From an uncultured Erysipelotrichaceae bacterium (GTDB lineage: Bacteria > Bacillota_I > Bacilli_A > Erysipelotrichales > Erysipelotrichaceae): a stretch of 25,810 nucleotides of DNA. The stretch is taken from assembly GCA_964401865.1 (NCBI GenBank), contig CAYNZZ010000016.1, positions 1 through 25,810 on the forward strand. Direction: 5' to 3'. Under the pieces are notes generated by a model. The model worked only from the letters and a program-made list of their open reading frames with translations. It was not told the origin of the DNA and did not search any database. This document shows, piece by piece, positions 7,631 through 16,355 of the stretch (within the stretch, counting starts at the first letter, position 1; every line of letters starts with the position of its first letter). Position numbers and translations under genes: made by a program.

Positions 7631-7897
7631 TTATTTTCTTAATCCTAATTCTTTAACAAGTTCACGATAACGATTTACGTCAGTGTTCTTTAAGTAATTC
7701 AAGAAATTCTTTCTCTTACCAACCATCTTTAATAGACCACGGTTAGAATGGAAATCTTTTTTATGTTCCTTCATATGAACAGTTAAACGATTAATCTGTT
7801 CAGTTAAGATGGCAACTTGCACTTCAACAGAACCAGTATCTCCTTCTTCACGAGCGAATTTTTTGATGATTTCTTGTTTTTCTTGTTTTGATAACAT
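7631..7897 (-). CDS. rpsO: 30S ribosomal protein S15
   Basis: 88 aa. [11 protein letters not shown]...LT.H...H.KD.HS.RGLL..V.KR motifs. SD AAAGGAGA upstream of ATG 7897. Confidence 0.97.
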   Translation of the reverse strand: MLSKQEKQEIIKKFAREEGDTGSVEVQVAILTEQINRLTVHMKEHKKDFHSNRGLLKMVGKRKNFLNYLKNTDVNRYRELVKELGLRK

Positions 7898-7992
7898 TTT
7901 CTCTTCTCCTTTAATATCTTTTCTTTTATTCCGCGTAAATGATTGGAGACTTCATAAACCCAGCATAAAAGCCACTAAATGATAACACATAT

Positions 7993-8820
7993 TTAATAGA
8001 TAAGCAACAGTCCGAGAATTAATCCAACAATTAATGAAAAACTAGGCAACTTACTTCTGTACATCAAAATAGATTGCGGAAGTATTTCACCAAACACAAC
8101 ATATAACATTGCTCCTGACGCCAACGATAACGATATCATAAGACCAACAGAACCAATATCGCCCACTAAATAACCAGCAATTGCCCCAATAACTGTCGGA
8201 AGGCCACTTAAAGCACTAATGATAACTGCTTTAGCTTTAGACATACCGCCAGATATAAGTGGTACGCTGACTGCCATTCCTTCAGGTATATTATGAAAGC
8301 CAATTAATAACGCAATCATTAATGAGGAACCATTTAAACTAGAATTGTTATAAATGTACGAAGCACCAATTGTCATACCCTCAGGCACATTGTGCAGTGC
8401 AATTGCACACGCCATTACAACACCCGCTACAAACAGAGATATTTTAGGATCATTATTTTTAACATGTTGATTATAATGGTCGGCATGAATAAGTTCATCA
8501 ATATCATCGTGAGTTTCTGGATGATCCTTGGTAATATGAGGAACTTCTTTATTAAACCTTACATCAATAAGATAGTTCAAAGTATAAACAATAATCACTC
8601 CAGCAACAATAGTTAGAGCAACATATATAGTATCTATGCCGGTGTCTATCGCTCCTTGTATCAAATCAAAACATACTATCGAAAGCATTACACCACCGGC
8701 AAAAGATAACAATAAAGAGATCATTCGATTGGAACTGTTTTTAAATAATGCACCGATAAAGCCACCAAAACCAGTTCCAATAACACCAGCAATAAATGTA
8801 ACAACTATTAAATTAAGCAT
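7993..8820 (-). CDS. zupT: ZIP family divalent-metal (zinc) transporter, ZupT-like
   Basis: 275 aa, multi-TM. Paired HNVPEGM and HNIPEGMAV motifs. His/Asp-rich cytoplasmic loop (HITKDHPETHDDIDELIHADHYNQH). Confidence 0.88.
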   Translation of the reverse strand: MLNLIVVTFIAGVIGTGFGGFIGALFKNSSNRMISLLLSFAGGVMLSIVCFDLIQGAIDTGIDTIYVALTIVAGVIIVYTLNYLIDVRFNKEVPHITKDHPETHDDIDELIHADHYNQHVKNNDPKISLFVAGVVMACAIALHNVPEGMTIGASYIYNNSSLNGSSLMIALLIGFHNIPEGMAVSVPLISGGMSKAKAVIISALSGLPTVIGAIAGYLVGDIGSVGLMISLSLASGAMLYVVFGEILPQSILMYRSKLPSFSLIVGLILGLLLIY

Positions 8821-8871
8821 AAGAATAGAATATATCTATTTCGATGATTTTTCAATATCTCATTTCTTGAC

Positions 8872-8885
8872 ATAAATGCATTTAT
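8872..8885. promoter_or_regulatory. Perfect 14-bp palindrome ATAAATGCATTTAT in the ZIP transporter promoter region
   Basis: Read directly. It overlaps a candidate minus-strand -10 (TATAAA), which has TTGTTA 16 nt upstream. It is ~50 nt upstream of ATG 8820. Candidate operator for a dimeric (metal-responsive?) repressor. Confidence 0.3.
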
Positions 8886-8924
8886 ACGAACACTTCTCGT
8901 TTTAACAAATACATTTATTAAACT

Positions 8925-8961
8925 TAAAAAAGAAAAACTGATACCATATTGATATCAGTTT
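8925..8961 (-). terminator. Rho-independent terminator after sepF
   Basis: A 9-bp A/T-rich stem, AAACTGATA (8935-8943) pairing with TATCAGTTT (8953-8961). On the minus strand it is followed by TTCTTTTTT. Confidence 0.6.
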
Positions 8962-8995
8962 ATTTATTGATTAAGCTTGAGAATAATTATGACAA

Positions 8996-9394
8996 TTATT
9001 CTTCATTAGGAGAAAGGGTAATCTCTCCGCCGACAGGCATAGTTTTAGGAGCACACAATATTACATTATCACCAATCTTTTTGATTGAACCATCAACACC
9101 ATAAATTACACCAGAAAGAAAATCAATTATTCTTTGACGATATTCATTTGGCATACGATGGAGATTGACAGCACATGCTTTTTTCAATTTTAAATGATGC
9201 CCAATTTCTTCTGCCTCTTCAAAAGTTCTTGGCTCAAATAAAACGATATTCGCATTAGCAGCGATACGTGATGCACCTTCAATTTGCGGTTGTTCATATT
9301 GGCTAAGCACGCTTGCTTCTTCTTGACTTAATTCAAGTTCTTCATCGGTCTCTTCTGGAGCGATGAAATTTTTAATTTTTTCTCCAATTCCCAC
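8996..9394 (-). CDS. sepF: Cell division protein SepF
   Basis: 132 aa. GTG start with SD AAGGAG upstream. N-terminal amphipathic segment (GIGEKIKNFI) and a conserved DUF552 core (IVLFEPRTFEEAEEIGHHLK...AVNL...RIIDFLSGVIYGVDGSIKKIGDNVILCAP). Confidence 0.9.
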   Translation of the reverse strand: MGIGEKIKNFIAPEETDEELELSQEEASVLSQYEQPQIEGASRIAANANIVLFEPRTFEEAEEIGHHLKLKKACAVNLHRMPNEYRQRIIDFLSGVIYGVDGSIKKIGDNVILCAPKTMPVGGEITLSPNEE

Positions 9395-9438
9395 TTTAAA
9401 AAACTCCTTTTTTAATATCTATAATTTTATCACAAAGT

Positions 9439-10578
9439 CTAAAGATAAGAAACACTTTTACAATAAGTTTGCTCGACTGAATAATCGTCATTTAATATAA
9501 CAATATCAGCATCATATCCTGCTTTGATATAGCCTTTATGATCATCCATTTTTAGATAACGCATTGGATTACAAGTGCATGAAGCCAAAGCGATATCAAA
9601 TGGAACTTGACAATACTCAACCAAAATCTTTAAACCTTCGTTGATTTTCAAAGTCGAACCAGCCAAACTCTTTGAACCGCTAGTTAGATGTGCGCTACCA
9701 TCAGGATATATTTCGATTTCTTGACCACCAAATACAAACTTAGAACCAACCGCTTTGCCTTTACACATAAGCGAGTCAGAAATCATTATGCAATTGTAAG
9801 GTTTGACAGTAAAATAATTGTTCAACGCAGCATAAGTGGAATGATTGCCATCACAAATTATTTCGCCAAAAGTATCCTTAAAACGATAAGCCGCACCAAC
9901 AACCCCATTGTTTCGATGATTAAAAGGTGTCATACCATTATATACATGAGTAAAACTTCTCGCACCATTAGCTATTGCAAGTAATGTTTCGTCGTATGTA
10001 GCGTTTGAATGTCCAACACTTACATTAACACCATTAGCGGCACAATACTTCGTCAATTCATAATTATCATCATGTTCAGGAGCAAGAGTAATAATTTTGA
10101 TTAATCCTTCAGCATCACACTGATACTCTTTAAATTCTTCTACTGTTCCTTGCACAATATACTGTTCAGGTTGTGCTCCTTTATACTTCATATCTAAATA
10201 AGGTCCTTCAAAGTGAACTCCTAGTATTTCTGCACCCTCACAGTTTTCTTTATAAACCCTAGCCACATTCTTTAAGGCATTGGATAACACTTCGTGTGAT
10301 TGAGTAATTGTGGTTGGACATATACCACATACGCCCTCTTTAGTTATTTCTTTTAGCCAATGACGAAGCCCTTCTTCAGTGGCATCATTGGTATCCCAAC
10401 CATCATATCCGTGAGTATGGATATCATAAAAACCAGGAACGATACGCTTTGTTCCATAATCAACATCAACTTCTTTGGTATCGTATGGATAAATGGCTTT
10501 TATCTTTCCTTCTTCCATTTCGACTTGTGCTTTCACAAATTGCGAAGCAATCCAAACTCTTTTACTTTGAATAATCAT
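9439..10578 (-). CDS. nagA: N-acetylglucosamine-6-phosphate deacetylase
   Basis: Amidohydrolase motifs DIHTHG, HFEGPYL, GHSNATY, THVYNGM. I place the start at ATG 10578 (GGAGG 7 nt upstream), not at the ORF-track start 10611, which would overlap the HAD gene. Confidence 0.9.
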   Translation of the reverse strand: MIIQSKRVWIASQFVKAQVEMEEGKIKAIYPYDTKEVDVDYGTKRIVPGFYDIHTHGYDGWDTNDATEEGLRHWLKEITKEGVCGICPTTITQSHEVLSNALKNVARVYKENCEGAEILGVHFEGPYLDMKYKGAQPEQYIVQGTVEEFKEYQCDAEGLIKIITLAPEHDDNYELTKYCAANGVNVSVGHSNATYDETLLAIANGARSFTHVYNGMTPFNHRNNGVVGAAYRFKDTFGEIICDGNHSTYAALNNYFTVKPYNCIMISDSLMCKGKAVGSKFVFGGQEIEIYPDGSAHLTSGSKSLAGSTLKINEGLKILVEYCQVPFDIALASCTCNPMRYLKMDDHKGYIKAGYDADIVILNDDYSVEQTYCKSVSYL

Positions 10579-10597
10579 TTTATTACCTCCAACTATT

Positions 10598-11392
10598 CTA
10601 TAGTTTATCAATCAAACCATATTTTACTAAACCATTATAAAAACCATCATCTAACACATCATCAGTAACATCATAAGCCAACTCTTTTAATTTCTGATTA
10701 GCATTAGCCATAGCAATACCATATTTAACTGATTTAATCATTTCTATATCGTTCAAACCATCGCCAAAACAATATGCATCATTTTTGTCAACATTCAAAT
10801 ATTCCAGTATTTTCCTACAAGCATAGCCTTTGTTGTTGTCGTAAAGATTTACATCCATTGATGTATATCCATGATGATGACGAATGTCAAATCGATTTTT
10901 AAATGTATCGTAAAATTCTTTGCAGCTTTCTTCATCATTGCAAGCAATCATGGCGATGTTGATTTTATCATCATTTGAATAAGGTTTAGATATATAAACA
11001 TCTTTTAAACGCCAAGACTCATTAAATTTAATATGAATATCATTCCCAATACCATTAGTAAATATTTCATTTTGAGTTTCAAAATAGTAATTAATTGAGC
11101 GTTTGTTGCAATAATCAGCCATTGCATTCAATTCATCAAAAGTGAAATATTTTTCAAAGATTATTTTTCCATCAAATTCTGCATATGCACCGTTGGCCGA
11201 TATATATCCGCTGGGTTTAATATCAGAAATGAAATCAGGCATTATGCATTTTGAACGCCCTGATGATAGAATTAGTGAATTATTTTTCAATAGTTCACGC
11301 ATGGCATAATTAGACCTTTCGCTAATCATTGGCATACCACGCAAATTATCGATCAAAGTACCATCAATATCGCAAAAAATTATTTTTTTCAT
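10598..11392 (-). CDS. Cof-type HAD-IIB family hydrolase (sugar-phosphate phosphatase-like)
   Basis: Motif I FCDIDGTLID, motif II SGR, motif IV GDGLNDIEM. 264 aa with a cap domain of Cof-like size. SD GGAGG upstream of ATG 11392. Confidence 0.85.
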   Translation of the reverse strand: MKKIIFCDIDGTLIDNLRGMPMISERSNYAMRELLKNNSLILSSGRSKCIMPDFISDIKPSGYISANGAYAEFDGKIIFEKYFTFDELNAMADYCNKRSINYYFETQNEIFTNGIGNDIHIKFNESWRLKDVYISKPYSNDDKINIAMIACNDEESCKEFYDTFKNRFDIRHHHGYTSMDVNLYDNNKGYACRKILEYLNVDKNDAYCFGDGLNDIEMIKSVKYGIAMANANQKLKELAYDVTDDVLDDGFYNGLVKYGLIDKL

Positions 11393-11540
11393 ATCTAAAT
11401 CATAACAAAACCTCCAACAAAAAAGAAGAGATTTACCCTTCTAATCTAGTCATCAAAATATTGACTCACCGATTTTGTCCGGTCATAATTAAAAATATTT
11501 CATCTTGCAAATCAATGGTTTCCTGAATTATACCTGCAAT

Positions 11541-11783
11541 TTATTTGTAGTACTTCTTGTAATCTTCTGAGCTAAAAGCGATCACTTTACATCTTTCGTT
11601 TGTAGAAGATATGGCTTCACCAGAATCATAAAAGCGAAAATAAACACCATTATTAGTGTTTTTCAAAATTAAGAATTCAGTTCCACTAGGTTCGCCTTTA
11701 TTTAATTCAATAAATTCAAGTTTAGAAATCTCATCAATATCATTTAGAACAATCTTACGTTTATATATCAATGCTATAACCAA
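11541..11783 (-). CDS. Hypothetical small protein, start unresolved
   Basis: ORF track 80 aa from TTG 11783 with no SD. The open frame continues upstream to the TGA at 11850-11852, encoding a hydrophobic stretch but no ATG/GTG/TTG. No family recognised. Confidence 0.3.
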   Translation of the reverse strand: MVIALIYKRKIVLNDIDEISKLEFIELNKGEPSGTEFLILKNTNNGVYFRFYDSGEAISSTNERCKVIAFSSEDYKKYYK

Positions 11784-11794
11784 GATAGAATAGA

Positions 11795-11825
11795 GGAATA
11801 AGAAAACGCCGAAAAATCGGCGTTT
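11795..11825 (-). terminator. Rho-independent terminator of the opp operon
   Basis: A 9-bp GC-rich stem, AAACGCCGA (11804-11812) pairing with TCGGCGTTT (11817-11825), with loop AAAA. On the minus strand it is followed by TTCTTATT. Confidence 0.85.
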
Positions 11826-11845
11826 ATCGTTTTCAAGAAAATATA

Positions 11846-12796
11846 TTACTCAGCACTCCACTCTTTAAGTTTTGCTTCGTATTCTTTCATTTCGCGATCG
11901 TTTGCAAACACAAAATGGCCAGGACGAATCTCTTGAAGCTTTGGTTTTTCACCGCTTAAATCTCTAGTAGATTCATCATAAATAACTAATTCCTTAGCTT
12001 TTTCAATTCTTGGGTCAGGCATTGGCACAGCCTGCAGCAAAGATTGTGTATATGGATGCAAAGGATACTTAAACAATTCATCAGTTGGCGCAATTTCTAC
12101 AATTCTACCTTTATGAATAACAGCGATACGATCTGAGAAATATCTTACAACCGATAAATCATGGGCAATAAACATATAAGTTAAACCCTGTTCAGCCTTA
12201 AATTTATTCATCAAGTTTAATACTTGAGCACGAATTGAAACGTCTAGGGCAGAAATGGGTTCATCAGCAATAATAAATTCAGGTTCCATAATCATCGCTC
12301 TAGCGATACCAATACGTTGTCTTTGTCCGCCAGAGAATTCATGAGGATATCTTGATTTATGCTCAGGTAATAATCCTACGGACTCCAAAGCCTTATCAAC
12401 TTTATTACGACGATCATCTTCATTTTCATATAAATGGAAATTATATAAGCCTTCAGAAACACAATAATCAATTGTTGCTCTCTCATTCAATGAAGCGGCT
12501 GGGTCTTGGAAAATCATCTGGATATTTCTAACGATTTCTCTTTCATCTTCTTTTGAAATTTTACCATTGATTTTCTTACCCTTATAGATGATTTCACCAT
12601 CCGAAGTAGGATTTAAACGAATGATTGAACGGCCAATAGTGGTTTTACCACTTCCAGATTCTCCTACAAGCGCAAAAGTTTCGCCTTTATAAATATCAAA
12701 GTTAGCATCTTTTACTGCTCTAAAACGTTTTTTATTGTTTTGGAAGGTAATTTCTAAGTGTTTAACTGATAACAGCACTTCTTTCTTATCGCTCAC
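11846..12796 (-). CDS. oppF: Oligopeptide ABC transporter ATP-binding protein OppF
   Basis: [36 protein letters not shown]. Carries the C-terminal oligopeptide/dipeptide ABC extension (HPYTQSL). Overlaps oppD by 11 nt. Confidence 0.9.
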   Translation of the reverse strand: MSDKKEVLLSVKHLEITFQNNKKRFRAVKDANFDIYKGETFALVGESGSGKTTIGRSIIRLNPTSDGEIIYKGKKINGKISKEDEREIVRNIQMIFQDPAASLNERATIDYCVSEGLYNFHLYENEDDRRNKVDKALESVGLLPEHKSRYPHEFSGGQRQRIGIARAMIMEPEFIIADEPISALDVSIRAQVLNLMNKFKAEQGLTYMFIAHDLSVVRYFSDRIAVIHKGRIVEIAPTDELFKYPLHPYTQSLLQAVPMPDPRIEKAKELVIYDESTRDLSGEKPKLQEIRPGHFVFANDREMKEYEAKLKEWSAE

Positions 12797-13853
12797 CGTA
12801 GATACCTCCCTTCGCAGTTAAGGCTAGTATTTTTTCATGCAGATTTTGGATAGCCTTTGGCTTTTCAACTTTAGGTGCACGTGGATCTAATAACCATGTC
12901 TTAGCAAAGTGCGTATCGGTCACTTTAAACATTGGTGGTTCTTCAATGAAATCAATTTCCATTGAATAATCGCTTCTAGGTGCGAAAGCGTCACCTTTAA
13001 TCTCCTCAAATAATGATGGTGGTGTACCTCTAATCGCAAATAATTCACTACCCTTTTCACCTAATTGAGGAAGTGATGACAACAATCCCCATGTATATGG
13101 ATGTCTTGGATCATAGAATATTTCTTCAACGGTACCATATTCAATAATTTGTCCAGCATACATCACCGCAACAACATCAGCAACATTGGCAACAACACCT
13201 AAATCATGAGTGATATAAATAGTTGTAAAGTTATATTCATTAGCCAAATCTTTAATTAAGCGAATAATTTGAGCTTGAATAGTTACATCAAGTGCAGTAG
13301 TAGGTTCATCACAAATTAATATTTTTGGATGACAAGCTAAAGCGATAGCGATAACGATTCTTTGACGCATTCCACCTGAATACATGAATGGATATTCATC
13401 ATAACGTCTTTCAGCATCATAAATACCTACTTTAGTCATTAGCTCAATAGCTTCTTTTTTAGCTTCTTCTTTTGTTTTTCCTTGGTGCTTAATAATTACT
13501 TCAGAAATTTGATAACCAATAGTCCTTACTGGATTTAACGATGTCATAGGGTCTTGGAAGACGGTAGCAATCTTTTTACCGCGGATATTCAACCATTCTT
13601 CATCATTTTTATAAGTTAAAAGGTTTTCGCCTTCAAACCAAATCTCACCATTGCTAACTTCGCCATTGATTTCTAGCATACCGGTAAAAGTTTTAGTAAA
13701 TACCGATTTACCGCTTCCTGATTCGCCAACAATAGCAACAACTTTACCATCTTCAAAATCCAGAGAAATATTTCTAATAGCAGTTAAAACGCGATCTCTT
13801 ACCTTGAATTTAACTTCAAGATCTTTTACAGATAAAATAATATTATTTTCCAT
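12786..13853 (-). CDS. oppD: Oligopeptide ABC transporter ATP-binding protein OppD
   Basis: [44 protein letters not shown]-terminal motif. Confidence 0.9.
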   Translation of the reverse strand: MENNIILSVKDLEVKFKVRDRVLTAIRNISLDFEDGKVVAIVGESGSGKSVFTKTFTGMLEINGEVSNGEIWFEGENLLTYKNDEEWLNIRGKKIATVFQDPMTSLNPVRTIGYQISEVIIKHQGKTKEEAKKEAIELMTKVGIYDAERRYDEYPFMYSGGMRQRIVIAIALACHPKILICDEPTTALDVTIQAQIIRLIKDLANEYNFTTIYITHDLGVVANVADVVAVMYAGQIIEYGTVEEIFYDPRHPYTWGLLSSLPQLGEKGSELFAIRGTPPSLFEEIKGDAFAPRSDYSMEIDFIEEPPMFKVTDTHFAKTWLLDPRAPKVEKPKAIQNLHEKILALTAKGGIYGER

Positions 13854-13864
13854 CTCTCTTACCT

Positions 13865-14788
13865 CTAAATCATGTGAGTGCGCGGATCACTTGCGTCAGC
13901 CAATGTTTGACCGACAATATATAGTGATATAGAAATAAAGGCACTAATTACAACCGGAATCCAGAATACATATGGTGTCGATGACATATATGCAGAATAT
14001 TTTTGAATCTGTCTTCCTAAAGAAGCATATTCTTGAGAAAGACCAATTCCAATATATGACAAGAACACTTCATATGAAATAAAGTTAGGAACATCACGAG
14101 AAATAGACGTCATAATAACAGAAATCAAATATGGCAAAATATTATGAGTAATAATTTTACTGGTAGATGTGCCTAAACAGCGAGAAGCTAAATTATATTC
14201 TCTATCACGGATAATCATTACTTGAACACGAATGAAATAAGCAGTGCCAACCCATGAAGTAACAGATAAGGCAAAAATTAGTTGTAACATACCACTACCT
14301 AGTGCATACATCAAAATCATCGCAACTAGAGTCATAGGAATATTGGCAAGCACATTATAGACTTCAATCATAATTGCATCAACACGTTTAGAGAAGCCCC
14401 AAAACATGCCAACTACTACACCAACAAATTCAGTGATAATTGTGGCTGAGAAAGAAACAATCAGAGAATTCTTAGTTCCAGCCCATACAGCATCAAATAG
14501 AGAATTACCGACATCATCCGTACCAAACCAATACTGAGCATTGGGACGAATAAAACGCATAGAGAAGTTATTTACATTAGGCGTGTACATCGGATCATAC
14601 TTTGAAATCATTGGTTGAATGAAAGACATAAGTATAACTGCGCACGCTAATATCAACATTACGACAGCTGTTTTAGATGAAAAGAACTTACGAAATACAG
14701 ATTTCCAATAAGAATAATGTGGAGCAGAGATATGCTCTGAAACACTATCATCAGTTCTCTTAAAAGAGAATAATTCTTGATCAGTCAT
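13865..14788 (-). CDS. oppC: Oligopeptide ABC transporter permease OppC
   Basis: 307 aa, 6-TM BPD-type permease with an OppC-like N-terminal region. The start overlaps the oppB stop (1 nt). Confidence 0.9.
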   Translation of the reverse strand: MTDQELFSFKRTDDSVSEHISAPHYSYWKSVFRKFFSSKTAVVMLILACAVILMSFIQPMISKYDPMYTPNVNNFSMRFIRPNAQYWFGTDDVGNSLFDAVWAGTKNSLIVSFSATIITEFVGVVVGMFWGFSKRVDAIMIEVYNVLANIPMTLVAMILMYALGSGMLQLIFALSVTSWVGTAYFIRVQVMIIRDREYNLASRCLGTSTSKIITHNILPYLISVIMTSISRDVPNFISYEVFLSYIGIGLSQEYASLGRQIQKYSAYMSSTPYVFWIPVVISAFISISLYIVGQTLADASDPRTHMI

Positions 14789-16263
14789 TATTTCTTCTTC
14801 CCTCCTTTCGCTGCTAATTGAATTCTTGGATCGACAACTGTCATTAATAAGTCACCGATCAAGATAGAGAATATTGATAAAGTTGTAAAGATAAATACTA
14901 GATTAATAACCATATTGTTGTTGGCAACCTTAATTGCATCGGGAAGCATTTTACCCATACCAGGAATTGCAAATGCAGTTTCAGTAATTAAAGCACCTGA
15001 AATACACAAAATAATTGAACTTGGAATACCATTTACAATCGGAATAATTGCGTTTTTCAAAATATGTTTCATAAAGATTTCTTTTTGAGATAAACCTTTA
15101 GCTTTAGCGAATTTTGCATAGTCAGCATTAGATTGGTCAATCATGTAACGACGCATCCAAGTCATTAATGACGGAATATTTAATAAAGCCAAGATAATGA
15201 TTGGAATTATATATGATTTTGGATTGTTGAATCCTAAAATAGGGAATCTATCAGGCAATCCGAAATTCGAACCTATTTGTCTAACAAAGAATATTAAGGC
15301 AAGCGATGGTACAGCAATCAAGAAATTGATTAGCACAATACCCATCTTATCAACAAATTTTCCTTTATTTCTAGCCATTGCAATACCAGCAGGTAAAGCG
15401 AATGCATAAGCAATAAACAAGGAGATTATACCAAAGAAATAAGAAGTGGAAATCATTGATGGTGATTCATAGTATGATAGACAGCTTGCATAATTATCAG
15501 TAAATTTCCTTTGATCTAAACTATCTAAAACTGGTTTGTATTGACAAGTATATTGATTTAAAGCACTCTTTTCAGTAACGCCACTTGGAAAAGTCTGTTC
15601 AACAGCTTTTTGTGAACCTTGACCTTGAGAAATTACTTGAGTTGTATTCACACCTTGATTGGTTGGGAATGAAATACCAAAATCTAACTTAATTGTATTT
15701 GTATGTATAAAAGGGAAGGAAGAATCAAAATACAATTGATATTTATATTGACAACCAGAACATATAATAGCAGGCATTCCGTTTGGACCGGTGCCAAAAG
15801 AATAACCTCTTTCCATATTAGGGTTATTATCATCTTGAACAGCATTTGGAGTGTCTATTTTAACTAGCTTGGAATAGAAATTCCAAATCAATTCAAGAGG
15901 ATTATATTCGTGGTAAGCAATATAGTCACCACTATTTAATTTTTCAATTTTATAGCCATTATTTTCGTACTCAGCGATTACTCGTTGATTTTCTGCACTA
16001 CCGCTTACGATACATGCTTCGTAATCATCTGAAGCCGCCTCACACATATCGTTAGTTCTTACATAATATAAATAGCCTAGTTCATCTAGACGATTATACC
16101 TATAGACAGTTCGAGTATCCCCAGACATCTTCTTGTATCCTTCGTCTTGTTTAAAGACTTTTTCGCTCGGTATCATAGTATAAAGCATCACTATAACTAT
16201 TGATACTACCGCTAAAATCGATACGATAGATTTTGCTATACGGGAAAAAACATATTTTCTCAT
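14788..16263 (-). CDS. oppB: Oligopeptide ABC transporter permease OppB with an enlarged first extracytoplasmic loop
   Basis: BPD-type permease core in the C-terminal ~210 aa. I prefer ATG 16263 (SD AAAGGAA upstream) to the ORF-track TTG 16284. About 240 aa separate TM1 from TM2. Confidence 0.88.
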   Translation of the reverse strand: MRKYVFSRIAKSIVSILAVVSIVIVMLYTMIPSEKVFKQDEGYKKMSGDTRTVYRYNRLDELGYLYYVRTNDMCEAASDDYEACIVSGSAENQRVIAEYENNGYKIEKLNSGDYIAYHEYNPLELIWNFYSKLVKIDTPNAVQDDNNPNMERGYSFGTGPNGMPAIICSGCQYKYQLYFDSSFPFIHTNTIKLDFGISFPTNQGVNTTQVISQGQGSQKAVEQTFPSGVTEKSALNQYTCQYKPVLDSLDQRKFTDNYASCLSYYESPSMISTSYFFGIISLFIAYAFALPAGIAMARNKGKFVDKMGIVLINFLIAVPSLALIFFVRQIGSNFGLPDRFPILGFNNPKSYIIPIIILALLNIPSLMTWMRRYMIDQSNADYAKFAKAKGLSQKEIFMKHILKNAIIPIVNGIPSSIILCISGALITETAFAIPGMGKMLPDAIKVANNNMVINLVFIFTTLSIFSILIGDLLMTVVDPRIQLAAKGGKKK

Positions 16264-16284
16264 GAGCTTATTCCTTTCTTTCAA

Positions 16285-16325
16285 TCATAAAAATACAACG
16301 GAGACGATAGAGCTCCGTTGTATTT
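16285..16325 (-). terminator. Intra-operon hairpin/partial terminator between oppA and oppB
   Basis: A 13-bp stem, AAATACAACGGAG (16291-16303) pairing with CTCCGTTGTATTT (16313-16325). On the minus strand it is followed by TTTTAT. This is the classic position for uncoupling binding-protein expression from permease expression. Confidence 0.7.
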
Positions 16326-16355
16326 AATTATAAACGATTCTTGAGTTAGAAGCAA

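Noticed and set aside
7898-7992. S15 autoregulatory leader structure upstream of rpsO
   Set aside because: I could not fold a convincing three-way junction or pseudoknot by eye. Only a short TTTATG direct repeat is visible. This needs a covariance-model search.
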